Assembly (NCBI GenBank): GCA_951406725.2
Contig: OX597829.1
Span: 53,692,001-53,756,000, forward strand
Direction: 5' to 3'
Length of the DNA stretch: 64,000 nucleotides
From: Octopus vulgaris
Lineage: Eukaryota
A model generated the notes under the pieces. It was not told the DNA's origin. It saw only the letters and a list, made by a program, of their open reading frames with translations, and did not search any database. How positions within the stretch are numbered: the first letter of the stretch is position 1; each line of letters begins with the position of its first letter. The position numbers and the translations under genes are program-made. Positions 12,098 through 25,083 of this stretch are shown one piece after another.

Positions 12098-14126
12098 TAT
12101 TTCATTCAATTTGCCATCAAGGCATTACATAGAAGTAGTAGCTGTGGGCTGGACAATAACATTCATGAGATGAATGATGAAAAAAAAATGGTATTAATGA
12201 GGGAAGGCAGAAGACACCCACCGATCGCTGCTTCTGTAAAACATTGTTCTTTTACAAAACACACAATTTGAGGTAACAAGCCCCTTACTAATATTTCATT
12301 GGACACAAGGTCCTTACAATGAGGTGCTAAGCCTCTTACCAAAAATAACACAATGTCCTTACAAATGAGACATTAGGCCTCTTACGTTTTCTCTAATGGG
12401 CCATATGCCATTTCAGTAATGGGCACTCAGCTTCTTAATTTTTACTATTTTCTGCCCTGCTGGCACCTGACCAAAGTGTCACTTAAGCACACCGATAGTG
12501 CCAGGTCAGGGCGCCTTAATCGGAAGCGGAATACATCTTCTGGGAAGAAGTTTATTACCTTGAAAAGATCCGTGTCTGAGATGACCTCCACAGCCACCTG
12601 CAGAGGCCATCCAGGATCTTTAATGCAGGTTATGGCAAACTTTAGTAAACTTTCCCACCACCTCTCCCCTGTGGAAGAAGACCAAAAATTCCTCCTGCAC
12701 ATGGGTCAAGGCCACAATTTCCACTGTCAGTGGCACAATTCCCACTGATGGGGCTTTGGAACATGCTTTGGAACTGCTGGCACTGCCCCGTTTTTCTTCT
12801 TTTTTCTCCCTTTTACTACAGGATGGTGTAGTTCCTCTGCTTTAACCAGAGGATCTTCCCTCCCTCCCACAGCCTTGCGCACTTTCTTCCTTTTTTTTTT
12901 ACTTTTTTTCAGGGAGGTCTCCACTACCTCCATCTCTCCCTCCGAAGGAGGAGGTAGGGGTTCTTCCATAACTATCTGTTCCAGGACTCACTTTGGTGCT
13001 GGGGACAGTTCTTTTTAATGTGACCTGGTTCCAGGCACAGGTGGCACTTAGGAGCGGCATCCCTCAAGAATCACCGGATACCTACAACTGGCCATTCTTA
13101 GAAAATCTCAAAACAAAAAAATTCTTGGCTGATTGGGTCCACAGGGTCAAAATCACTTTTGACCCCACCCAATCAGCTGCCGCACAAACCCTGGCAGATA
13201 GTGTCTCCTATCCACTCGGGTTATATCCTGGGTGGCAACCTGCAGACCCAAGCCCTTGTCAACTTCTTCCCACAATATGTGAGAAGAAACAATATCTCTT
13301 CACCCTCTAAGGGCTGACTCGCAAAATTGCGAGCCTCTTCAGGGGTGTCAAATAGCAACCACACCGTTGCATATTTGACACCCCTGGAAATAAATTTTAT
13401 AGGTGGCATATATTCCGCCAACTCTCTCTATATATCAATCTTTTTGAAGAGGGTGATGGTGTTGAGCGACTTGGAGTACGTCCACAGTACCACCATCCTC
13501 TCCTCAAGACTTTTTATCCACTGTCTTGGTGGGGCAATTTCCCCACCCCAACACCTTATCAGCTTTCTTTGCCATGTTTTTAAGTCCAAAAAAAGTCAAA
13601 CACAAGTTCAAAAAGGTTCGAAGAAAAGAACAAAAAAAAAGAAGACAGAAGAAAGAAGGAAGACAGTTCAGAACACAGAAAAATTCAATAAAGCACAATT
13701 CCAGCTGACAGTACTCCTGGCCTAGGGTAATCCACCAGCAGGAACAGAGCTCCACAAATTGGTACAATTCCATGGATTTAACAAAATTTTGGTAAAATCC
13801 ACAAATTTCACAATTTTTGGTAAAATTCCACGAATTTCACAACATTTTTTATTTTGGAGGTGAGACATGCCCTCAAAACAACATAATTCTCACAGCTAAG
13901 TGAGTCACTTGGTGTGACTGCAGGCAGACAAATGTCCAGGACCCAGGGAGGATTTCTTATTTGCAAAAAGAAAAGCAATATCAAACAACAAAACCCCACT
14001 AAATTCCCCCAAAAAAACAGATGCCTACCTTACAGTCGCACCTTTAACGTTCTTCACTTCAAGAGCGCTGTGAAAGCAACGTCTTGACAATACCAGTGTA
14101 TCAGTAACTGACTAACGCATACACAG
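12098..14126 (-). mobile_element. ORF1-only non-autonomous L1/Tx1-like (HAL1-like) retroposon
   Basis: 14-bp TSD taagcaagctactt (12084-12097, 14127-14140); ends in AATAAA; broken ORF with a CCHC knuckle; no EN or RT motifs seen. Confidence 0.75.
12445..13575 (-). pseudogene. Gag-like ORF1 with CX2CX4HX4C zinc knuckle (frameshifted)
   Basis: MAKKADK...YATVWLLFDTPEEARNF (RRM-like)...CHLCLEPGHIKKNCP (~13002-13046), then a Pro/Lys-rich region. Confidence 0.7.
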
Positions 14127-14835
14127 TAAGCAAGCTACTTACCACACAGCCACTCCTATGCCTATATATTCAAACCTTTCAGTCATTAGACTGGCCATGC
14201 TGGGGCACTGCCTCGAAGAGCTTTTAGCCAAATCACTCAACTTCAGTACTTATTTTTTTAAGCCATGTACTTATTTTAACAGTCTCTTTTGCTGAACTGC
14301 AAGGTTACAAGAACCTAAAAACACTAACATAAGTTGTTAAACAGTGGTGGAGAACAAACACACACACACACACATGACGCACTCACACATATCTATACCT
14401 ATATCTATGTATCCATAAACTAGCCATGACTATCTTTATTTAAATATATAACTGGTACCTGTGCCAGTGGCACGTAAAAAGCACCCTCTACACTCTTGAA
14501 GAGGTTGGCATCCAGCCATAGAAACCTTGTCAGATCAGACTGGAACCTAGCTTACCAGTTTTCAGTCAAACCATTGGTTGATGGTGTGGTAAGAAGTTTG
14601 CTTCCCAACTATATGGTTCCAGGTTCTGTCCAACTGCATGGTACCTTGGGCATGTGTTATCAATGTGAATCATGTATGGTAAAGGAAAAAAATTGGTAGA
14701 ATAAGTATTAGGCTTATAAGTACTGGGGTTGATTTCTTCAACTAAAACCCTTTAAGGCAGTGCTGCAGCATGGCCACAGTCAAATGACTAAAACAAGTTA
14801 AAGAACAAAAGTATATATATATATATATACATATA

Positions 14836-15061
14836 TAAGGTGCATCAGAAAGGTTGTTCTGATTTCAAAGGTTAATAAAAGACAAACACAGGAAGATGCA
14901 AAACTTTGTATTTCTATGAAGTTCATTAAATGCCATTTTCTTTTACTGTTTCAGGTGGTGCCCCACCATGGCCTGGAATGCAGAACATTGTGAATTTGTT
15001 GTTGAAGAGCTTGTTTTTTATTAACCTTTGAAATCGGGGCAACTTTTCTGCCGCACCCCGT
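14836..15061. mobile_element. Tc1/mariner-type MITE
   Basis: ~45-bp TIRs ggtgcatcagaaaggttgttctgatttcaaaggttaataaaa / ttttattaacctttgaaatcggggcaacttttctgccgcacc. Confidence 0.7.
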
Positions 15062-15642
15062 TTTTATATATATATTTATAGACAAGATATAAATAATGGT
15101 CATTACCTATTTTATGTATATCTATACACACACACACATGCATGCATGTGTGTGTGTGTGTTTGTATGTATATTATCTGACTGATAAGTGATTCATAAAA
15201 TCAGGACATAAGATATGGTACCATGTTTTCCACACGTCTCTGAATATCACGATTACTTCAAGTCAAAGGAAGGAAAAGTTTGTCTAAATGGGAGTGTGTA
15301 TTGAAACACTCAGGTCCATCTGTGAAATGTTATCAATGGCATTGCACAAATTCCTTTGGCCTAATTTAGAACATAAGTGACAAAACTATGTTTGTCAAAA
15401 TAAAAACAACTTGAAAGCGCACCTTGAAGATAATTCCTCCACTTCCGCCTCAAACGAAAAAAATAAATAAATAAAGTGAATGTGTTTCTAATAGCAGAGC
15501 AGATTAGGCTGAAAGATAGGGAAACATTACAATAGGAGAAGGCTGAAGTACTGCAGATCCTGCATTCTTATTTATAGTATACGAAGGTGATGGTGCTAAG
15601 CAGTGATGTGAATAAATAAAAACGTGTTACTAGTCCAAAAAT

Positions 15643-16199
15643 GGTTGAGGAATATTCAAACCTGCAAGAAAGTGATTCACTGTGTTTTGCCATGAAAGAA
15701 ATTTCTTTTTGTTGACAAATAGGTGTAAAATACCCTGAATCAGCTCACAGCATTTCATTACCAGAGTGTGGGATGCATGCATTTCAGAGTGACTATTTCC
15801 TCTTCAGCCACAGAGACTGGAAAGGCAAACACTGAGAACTGACATGAGATGCAGATCCCTCTTATGATATTCCCATCATCGTTCAGTGGTTGGTTGTGCT
15901 ATTCCACAGCTCACTGTAAATTAAATACGGGGTGACAGTGCTAAGCATTGATGTGTATAAATACAAACTTGTCACCAGTTCAAATGTGTTGGTTCACATA
16001 TCAGTTCACAATGTCTGCTTTTCTGGTGTCTGTGCCTGAAGAGGAGATAACCACTCCAAAATACATGCATCCAACAGTCTGGTCAGTGAGCGTTGTGAAC
16101 AGACTCAGTGTATTTACATCTATTTGTCTACAACAAGAAATTTTCTTCAGGACAAATTACAGTGAATCACTTTCTTATGGGTTCGAATATGCCTTAAAC
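15643..16199. mobile_element. Inverted pLTR-like pair (~200-bp arms), each with a hammerhead motif
   Basis: 15643-15850 is a diverged reverse complement of 15990-16199. Confidence 0.7.
15761..15820 (-). ncRNA. Type I hammerhead ribozyme, core intact
   Basis: UGUGG-CUGAAGA-GGA-aauagucac-UCU-GAAA-UGCAUGCA-UC-CCACA; AUC cleavage triplet; extra CCAG/CUGG pairing. Confidence 0.75.
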
Positions 16200-16274
16200 A
16201 AGTTTGTATTCTTATTCATTGATACTAACCTTGAAAAAATAATAAGATTTGTTATGTTCTCAGATATACTTAAA

Positions 16275-17163
16275 TATTGGGTCATTCCATAATTAATGCA
16301 AATTTTTATACTTCTTTTATTTTTCAAAATTAAAATAAACAAAGTTCTTTTTTAATCTAAAATATACTCTCCTTCATTTTCTACAATGCTCTTCCATCTG
16401 TCTGGTACACTTGCAAGGCCCCTCTTCCAAAATTCACTTGTCCGTGACGAAAAATACTTCTCCAGTACTGTTCTGACTTCGTCTACAGAATTCATATTTG
16501 TTCCATCCAAATGATTTTGAAGATTGCGGAAAAACTGATAATCAGATGGGGCAATGTCTGGTGAATATGGTGAGTGGGGCATCGTTTCCCATTCAAACTG
16601 CTCCAGCTTTTGGAATGTCATCCTCACTAAGCATTATCCTGATGGAAGAACACCTTTTGTCTTGAAACCAAAGATGGTCATTTTTCTTCTGGTGCTGGTG
16701 TCGATGAATGGTTGAATGACCAAATCCAAGTTTCTCTGCTAGTTCCTCAACAGTTACCATAGTTTGCATGTTGAGCTCTAAAGATCTTCCAAGATGAGGC
16801 TCGTCTTGTAGGCTATAGTTTCTGGCTCTGAATTTCTGGAACCACTCTTGACACTGGGTTACACTTATTGTCCAAACCCCATATACTGCATTAATATTCC
16901 TGGCACTTTCCGTAGCGTTGTTGCTTTTATTGAACTCATAAAGCAAAATATGTCAAATATGCCCCTTTGTCACTTCCATTATAGCTTTGTGAAAATAACT
17001 TAAAATCGAACTGCTCTCTTTAAAACTTGAACTAGGAATAAGTACAAGATAAAATTACTACCTGCTTTTATAGCAAATTGATACAGGTAGTTTATCCCAT
17101 CCCCCTCCAACTTATAGTTCATGCAACTGAAAAAAACCACATTATTTATGGGATGACCCAATA
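16275..17163 (-). mobile_element. Internally deleted mariner transposon
   Basis: TIRs tattgggtcattccataa / ttatgggatgacccaata; LYEFNKSNNATESARNI HTH and WETMPHSPYSPDIAPSDYQFF. Confidence 0.9.
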
Positions 17164-17423
17164 TTTATGGTCAGTAAGACTAAAACATTTAGTACCATTC
17201 AGAAGATTCAGCTTGGACTGCATTGCTAAACAATGGTTGGATGATATATATTTATGAGCACAATGTGGGCCATTCACATGCTTTTGGTTCCTGCTTATAA
17301 CATTAAACGTATAGTGCTGCAACACATGAAGTGTCAGTCAGTTCTCATTTGTTAAAGAGACTTAAAACTGTCACAAATTGGTTAAACAAAATAGATTCTA
17401 TTACATATTTGCTTGACATCAAA

Positions 17424-17932
17424 TCTATATATATAAAACTGTAGTTGTGTGAGTGTCTGTCCCCTTCGATTTAGATTCCTAACTACTCCCACATTTTGAG
17501 GTGCAGTTTAACCAAATTCTGGTATCTTATAGTCGTGATTCATATCGAGCCCGTCTGGCTATTAGCGCGCGTCAACGATGAGTCTACGATTTTAAAAATA
17601 ATTAACATCATTTTTTATTCCATTTTAATGTATATTTTTTCGTGTGTCGATGGCGGCGGAGTTGGCGTCCACGCTCACACCTGCACCTGTTTGCTTCTCC
17701 CCCTTCCCTCCCTCGTGAATCTGTGGGGAAGGGAGTGTAAGGAAATCAACGTCGTAAAGCGTTGTCAAGGAGACCAGCGTTCTTTTAGAACAACGACTTC
17801 ATGGCTTGAAGACACCAAAACAGAAATGGCTAAGAAAGCCCGAATTGGCATCTATAAGGGAAGTAACTCTCTAAAAATGCTTATATAGTTATTTCCCTTA
17901 CAAACCCGAGCAACGCCGGGTGATACTGCTAG
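17424..17932 (+). mobile_element. Non-autonomous Helitron-like element
   Basis: A|TC 5' end, CTAG|T 3' end, subterminal hairpin cccgagcaacgccggg, CpG-rich interior. Confidence 0.75.
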
Positions 17933-18559
17933 TTCAGAATAAGAAAATTATCAAATTGGTAGCTAAATTAGATCATTAAAACCCTTTTGCTGACCTTGGA
18001 ATGAGAAGACAAGTCACTAAGTCACTGAAAAGGTCACAAACAGTAATGAAAAGATTTTGACTAACAAATAACTAATTGATTATTTAACCAGCTCATTAAA
18101 CAAACAATTGATTAGTTAGTTGGTTAGATATTCAACCAGTTGACTAACGGTAGAGAAGTGGAACTGAACCAGTGGCATAATGACCCTTTCAAGACACAAC
18201 AAAACATCATATCAAGATTTTAACAAATGTAAGAGAATGTCCCAAAATAAAATCACATACCAGAGAGCCACTGAATTTTCAGTCAGTTTTAAAATATCCT
18301 TACAAATTAAAACAGTTCCCTTAAGTACCTTTATTTTCCACTACCTGCCATTTTACTGTACTCACTCCAATAACAATAACCCTCTCCAATACCTTAAACT
18401 GACCCCAGTATTTTCCATAAAGTCAGTTCCACTGGAGACTTGCTCTCCAATGTCATTCATATTGTTGTTGTTGTTTTCAGTGTCAATAGAGTATTCATTA
18501 ATGTCTGATATATGAATTTCTTGGCAAAATTGTCCACCAATAGACTCCATCTCTTCCTT

Positions 18560-19470
18560 GTGTCTTGGAACCACAGTGTCCAATCAGATCACACCATCAC
18601 AGTATGTGCTGACAGAACTCTTTTTGACCCATGTTCTTTCGATCTTGAGGTGTCCCAGGATTTTGATTTAATCTCTGCACTTTTCTTTCTATACCTCAAT
18701 GATCTACTGATCCTTGTCTCAACAATGCTCACCTCTACACTGATTGTACCACTTTTTATTCCTTTCTAACCTTCCAAACTCAGGTGTCATCGACATACAA
18801 ACTAGACACAATATACCAAACCCACATTAATCCTTTCAACAGAGACCTTGAAAGTATTTTCCAGTGGGATCACGCCAAGCTCTTTCCCTCCAAGAATACA
18901 AAGGCAAAATCACTAACATAATATTGGTTTCAAATTTTGGCACAAGGCCAGCAATTTCTGGGGCGGGGGTGTAAGTCAATTACATCGACCCCAGTGCTCA
19001 ACTGGTACTTATTTTATCGACTCTGAAAAGACGAAAGGCAAAGTCAACCTCAGCAGAATTTGAACCCAGATCATAAAGATGGATGAAATGCCACTATACA
19101 TTTTGCCTGGCGTGCTAACGATTCTGCCAGCTCACTGCCTTATCACTATTCATTATTAAGAAAACATTATAGTAGTCTTCTCCCTGAACCATACACAACA
19201 CACAACACACAACTAAAAACTTCAAGGCCACTACAAATACTTAATCTTTCCATCACTGATGAACTTCCAGCTGAATATACTCTCACAACAAAGACTTACA
19301 TGACAATGACTAGATTTTCTCTTCAGAGCCATAAAATGCTTCTACCTTCAACAACCAGTTAATTTTTTATAAAGCTAAGATGAAATCTACAATAGCGTAT
19401 TGCTCCTGCATATGGGATGGTGCTGCTGTTACGTTCTTCAAAGAAATGCTACTTGATTGATTGGTATAAA
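18560..19470 (+). pseudogene. Highly degraded LINE RT relic interrupted by a SINE
   Basis: Remnants resembling VPQG...LF.LY.NDL; similar to the 24050-26300 relic. Confidence 0.4.
18925..19140 (-). mobile_element. tRNA-derived SINE, Meta-domain-like
   Basis: Reverse complement of the 19570-19794 family. Confidence 0.75.
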
Positions 19471-19531
19471 GTCATTCACCTACATACAAACATGTTATAT
19501 TCTCTATCACTCTCTTTCTCTCTCTCTCACA

Positions 19532-19563
<32 letters not shown>

Positions 19564-19569
19564 GATATA

Positions 19570-19793
19570 AGGCGAGCTGGCAGAAGCGTTAGCACCGGGT
19601 GAAATGCTTAGCGGTATTTCGTCTGCCATTACGTTCTGAGTTCAAATTCTACCAAAGTTGACTTTGCCTTACATCCTTTTGGGGTCGATAAATAAAGTAC
19701 CAGTTACGCACTGAGGTTGATGTAATCGACTTAATCCCTTTATCTGTCCTTGTTTGTCCCCTTTATGTTTAGCCCCTTGTGAGCAATAAAGGA

Positions 19794-19794
<1 letters not shown>
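19570..19794 (+). mobile_element. tRNA-derived SINE, Meta-domain-like
   Basis: ggcgagctggcagaa head, gagttcaaattc B box, gactttgccttacatccttttggggtcgataaataaagtacc core. Confidence 0.8.
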
Positions 19795-19841
<47 letters not shown>

Positions 19842-20136
19842 CAATAATAAAATAGAGGGGATCAATAGGTGGTTCATCAACTTTTAGACACTATATTATG
19901 TCAACTTATTTATTTATTTACTAAATTGACAATTACAAGAATATACATGCATGTATAACATGTTTTGCTTTACATATAAAATATATTGATATATAAAGAT
20001 ACCAGTAATTATTAAAATATAATATACAGGAATATAAATTGGGACAATAACTTACAGCTGTTTCGGCCAAGAGGCAAAAATACCTCATTCTACCTTTATT
20101 CCTCCAGTAGACTGAAGTAATAAGTAGATGAAATTG

Positions 20137-20167
<31 letters not shown>

Positions 20168-20197
20168 ACTGTATGCATGTATGTATGTGTGTATATA

Positions 20198-20257
<60 letters not shown>

Positions 20258-20261
<4 letters not shown>

Positions 20262-20400
20262 GGAGTAAACACGTAAATGTGAAACAAGGTGGAAAAAAGA
20301 GTACTCAAATACCAGTGGTAGAGTAATATGCTTTATTTTAAGCAGCAGAAAATTCAACAACAGATTTTGTTGAATTTTCTGCTGCTTAAAATAAAGTATA
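20258..20400. repeat. Palindromic pLTR-like remnant, related to 22985-23230
   Basis: ctttattttaagcagcagaaaattcaaca / tgttgaattttctgctgcttaaaataaag hairpin; shared left part aaacaaggt.gaaaaaa.agtact. Confidence 0.65.
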
Positions 20401-20448
20401 TATATATACATATATATATATGATGATATATATATATATATATATATA

Positions 20449-21326
20449 TCATCATCATCATCATCATCATTTAACGTCTTTTTTCATGCTGGCATGGGTA
20501 GGACAGTTGAACTGGGGACTGGCAAGCCAGTAGGCTGCACCAGCTGGATGCCCTTCCTAATACCAACCACTCTGGGAGTGTAGTGGGTACTTTTTATGCA
20601 CCACCGGCATGAGAACCAGTCAGGCAGTACTGGCATCGACCACATTTGGATGGTACTTTTTATGTGCCACCATTACTAGAGCCAGTTAAGGGGGGACTGG
20701 CATCAAACACATTCAGATGGTGCTTTTTACGTGCCACTGGCACAGGGAGCCAGTCAGGTGACACTGGCATCAGCCACAACTACAATTTCCATTTGATTTC
20801 GATCTTGATTTGATTTTGATTTTGAATAGGAGTTCTCAAGTGCAGCATATTGCCTAATGATTCAAGGGTACTTTTAAATGGGCAATGACAAGTGACCGAG
20901 ACCTTTGGTGATATGCTGTGCTTGAGAAGAAGAGCCATCAAGCTAAATGAATCTGTAGTCACAATCGATGCTGGTGTCACGTAACAGGCACCCATGCCAG
21001 TGGCACCCTTCAAATGTTGGACTTCGTGAAGGTAATAAGTGACCGAGACCTTTGGTGATATGCTGTGCTTGAGAAGACTGGTCAAGCCAAGTGAAATTGT
21101 AGTTGTGGCTGTTGCTGATGTCACATAACTGGCACAAGTGCTGGTGGCATGTAAAAAGGACCCATTACACTCTTGGAGTGATTGATGTTAGAAAGGACCT
21201 GCAGCTGTAGAAATCATGCCAAATCAGACTGGAACCTAATACAGCTCTCCAGTTTACCAGTTTCAGTCAAACTGTCCAACCCATGCCAGCATGGAAAGCA
21301 GACAATGAAGGATGATGATGATGATA
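20449..21326. mobile_element. Two divergently oriented RTE 3' fragments
   Basis: (CAT)n-started minus tail 20449-20885 joined to a plus tail ending (GAT)n at ~21325. Confidence 0.75.
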
Positions 21327-21454
21327 TATATATATATATATATATATATAATAGATAAGGATTCAAGTGAATCAGACATTTAAATGCTAAGGCACCAGGT
21401 CTAAAAATTCATTGAAACAGTTGTAGTAAACTTATACACCCACACACATATATA

Positions 21455-22715
21455 TATTAGGTTGAGTAAAAAGTAAGCAATGTTTTGAACCATGAAGAAT
21501 TTGTACCAAATATTTGAAGAGTTTTGAAATATTTTCTAACAGTTTTTTGCAATTGTCTGATAATACAGACATATACTTGCCCAAATGCATCAATATATTA
21601 ACATTGATATTTCTTTCACTATTGTTACAATCATCTGAAATGGAACTGTCAAAGTATGATATTCAAGCAATTTTGCTATTCAACTTCAAAACAGGACATA
21701 AAGCAGCTGAAACTGCTCATGATATCAACAAAACATTTGGTGAGGAAATGACCAGTGAGTGGTCAGCTCAAAAAAAGTTGAAACAGTTTCACAGTGGAGA
21801 CCTGAGGCTTGAAGATCGTGAGTGTAGTGGACACCCATCTGTATTGATGATAGTCAATTAAATACCATCATTGAGAAAGATCCATGTAGAACCACTCAAG
21901 AACTGGCAAAAGAACTTCAAGTTAACCAGAAAAATGCATGCAACCATTTGCATGCAATCAGAAAATCAAAAGAAGCTCAAGCAATGAGTACCACATGATT
22001 TGAATGAAAATCAGAAAAGGCAAAGATATGAAATTTGCTCATTGCTTCTTCTCCATAACCAGACTGATCCATTTCTTGATTATAACTTGTGATGAAAAGT
22101 AGATTCTGTACAATATAAAAAAAAAACTTGCTTCCTAGCAGTTGGACCAAAATGAAGCACCAAAAACCTTCCCTAAGCCCGAGCTCTTTAAAAAGAAGGT
22201 TATGGCAACTGTTTGGTGGTGTACTGCTGAACTCACCCGCTATAACTTCTTAAAACCTGGAAAAACCATTACTGCAGAAACATATTGCCATGAAATTGCC
22301 AAATTGAATGAAAAACTGCTACTCCTCCGTCCCAGACTGGTCAACAGAAGAGGGCCAATCATTCTTCATGACAATGCTCAACCACATGTTTCACTAATGG
22401 AAGTTGAGGGAACTTGGCTACAAAGTTCTTCCCCACCCAGCTTATTTCCCAGACCTTTCTCCCACCAACTACCACTTTTTTTAAGCACCTTGATGGTTTC
22501 CTGCGAGAGAAGGAGTTCAAAAATCAAACCAATGCTGAAAGTGTATTCAAAGAGTCCATCAGCTCCAGAACTCCAGATTTTGATGTTACCGGAATAAACA
22601 AACTTGTAACTCATTGGCAAAAATGTGTTGATTGTAATGGTACTGACTTTGATGAATAAAATTTCTGCATTGTTAAAATATATTGTGATGAATTTCATAT
22701 TTCAAAACGTTGCTT
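21455..22715 (+). mobile_element. Near full-length degenerate mariner transposon
   Basis: tattaggttgagtaaaaagt TIR; FKTGHKAAETAHDI HTH, VPHDL, TCDEK, KKVMATVWW, ILHDNAQPH; right TIR cut by an RTE tail. Confidence 0.9.
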
Positions 22716-22976
22716 TCTGCCGGTGGCACGTAAAAAGCACCATCTGTCCGTGGCCGTTTGCCAGCTCCATCTGGCACCTGTGCGGATGGCACGTAAAAAG
22801 CACCCACTACACTCATGGAGTGGTTGGTGTTAGGAAGGGCATCCAGCCGTAGAAACACTGCCAGATCAGACTGGGCCTGGTGCAGCCTTCTGGCTTCACA
22901 GACCCCAGTTGAACCGTCCAACCCATGCTAGCATGGAAAGTGGACGCTAAATGATGATGATGATGATGATGATGAT
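22716..22976 (+). mobile_element. RTE 3' tail (young subfamily, also 28012-28186, 31824-32102, 41950-42210)
   Basis: Near-identical ~260-bp tails ending gacgctaaatgatgat. Confidence 0.85.
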
Positions 22977-22984
22977 ATATACAT

Positions 22985-23230
22985 ACCAGAATAAGCATAT
23001 AAATGTAAAACAAGGTAGGAAAAAATAGTACTTGAATATTGAAGGTAAAATAGTATACTTTATTAACAGAGCTGCAAAACATCACAAAAAAACTGCTGCT
23101 GAGGGTTTCATGTTCCCGTTCGTTGTGATTCTGAATCAAAACTGTCCAACGAACGGAAACATGAAACTCTGAGTAGCAGATTTTTTGTGATATTTTTGTG
23201 ATTTTTTTGCAGCTTTATTAATAAAGTACA
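22985..23230. mobile_element. Palindromic pLTR-like remnant with degenerate hammerhead (23141-23180)
   Basis: Inverted arms around ~23130; acugu-ccaacga-acg-gaaa-cau-GAAA-CUC-u-GAG-UA-gcag. Confidence 0.6.
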
Positions 23231-23345
23231 CACAACACACACACACACACATATTGTCAGTAGATCATATATCTGAAAAAGAAGCACTCTCTGAACGTTG
23301 GAGCAGTAATGTATTTATAGGAAGTTAATTATATGTCCAGTCATA

Positions 23346-23405
23346 GAGTGACCAATAGTTTCACATCCATAAAGCGCTTAGCCTTATAGACAACTCATCA
23401 GTATC
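23346..23405 (-). ncRNA. Hammerhead motif with long stem II in a solo pLTR, family of 51024-51999
   Basis: CUGAUGA-g...GAAAC-uauug-GUC-acuc; flanking ataggaagttaa shared with 51024. Confidence 0.6.
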
Positions 23406-25083
23406 CTTAAATCCTTTAAAATGTTTTAGCCCGACGGCCGCGGCCATGCTGGGGCACCGGAAATATTTTGGTATTATTTATTCTCCGTTTCACATTTTTC
23501 ATTTGGTAATAGGAATGACAAAGGAACATTATGTGATTTCTCCCTATCTGAAGATTTTCTGATAGGAAATTCCTTATATGTCTATATAGCATGGAACCCA
23601 TTGTAATTATTATTAACAAATGAGACACATGTAATGGTGAATAAATAATGCAAAAAAATTTCTATTTTCCCATTTTGTTATCCAACAACTGCAAATAATA
23701 TTTCCATAATTATCAATTTTAATGTATGCTTTAATTAACATACAACAGTAACTATAGAGACATATTGATTGTAATAATAGAATAAGGAGATGAGCTCCAA
23801 GAAGAAACAGCTGGGATTTACCCTAACTATCTATCAATCTATATACACACACTCACATGTGTGTATTTTTCCACCACCACTTTGTAACTTAGCAAAAGAG
23901 ACTCGTAGAATATGTACCAGGCTTAAAATGAAAAGTAGTGGGAATGATTTATTCAGCTAAAACCCTTCAAGGTGGAGCCCCAGAATGGATGCATTCCAGT
24001 GACTGAAACAAGTAAAAGGATAAAAAATACAATTCTATACATTCCTTCAAGTACATCTTCCTCCATCACTCCTTGAACTATTCACACCATAAACAACCCT
24101 TTGATCATTTCTCCTCCTATATTAAAGACTTCTTCTGTCTCTCCCTTCCCTGAAGTCATCCTTTTTGGTGACTTCAATACTCATAACTCTTTAGGACTCT
24201 CACAGACATCTCATACCAATGTTGCTGGTGCAGAAGCTGAATTCCTTGCTCTTCCCATTTCTTTTCAAACAACTTGATTCACCTTCCTTGTGTATTCCAG
24301 CCCATACTATACTCATCTGATCTGATATGCAAAAGATGCCTTTGTCTATCACAACACCCTCAAGCTTTCTCCTATTTCCCAAACTGTCACTAATCCTTCT
24401 GGTCCCTTGCCAAAAGGATCTCCACCAACATTAGAATCCTCCTTGTCTAAACAACAATGGCTCTGTAAGTTGTACCTTCATAGAGAAAGTTTCTACCTTT
24501 ACTGCCTGCTTTGCATCTAACTGTGCACTACACATCTTTGGCCAATCTCCTCCAAATCCACCTTCTTCCACTTCAATAGGTTTCTTTCCTCACAAACCCA
24601 CACACCAATCAAGAAATAACTCTGGTTGCTTCAAATAAACAGTACCACAATTTTTGACAATGTCCTTTCCATTACACTTCATGTGCACCACAATTTGCTC
24701 CTACATTCCCCCAAACTCTTTAATCTGTCATTTTCTATGGGGATACATTCTGACATTTAGAAACATGCGTCATTATGCCCTATTCCATAGAAAGGTAACC
24801 CCTCTGAACCATCCAACTATTTTCCTATTCTAACATCTCTAAAACAATGTTGACAGCTATTAACAATGGCATTCCTTAACATCTAGAAATTCTCTTTCCC
24901 TTCAGCACAGCTTCTGCAGAACCAGATTCACAGGAAACCAATTTTTATATGCCATTCACCAGTGGGCTCCTGCTTTAGAAAAATTTTGGTAAAAGCAATG
25001 CTGAGGATCTAAATGTCAACAAAGCTTTTGATTGTGTCTAACACAAAATTTCCTGCTTATGAGCTCTATCTATGTCTTATTTC

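Larger units (their letters stand above)
11466..14163 (-). mobile_element. CORE-type tRNA SINE split by two nested insertions
   Basis: Tail 11466-11695, body 11955-12097 and head 14127-14163 are colinear with the intact copy at 35528-35992. Confidence 0.8.

Noticed and set aside
15178-15215. ctgataagtgattcataaaatc hammerhead-like string
   Set aside because: Both core boxes are mutated and there is no stem I or III support.
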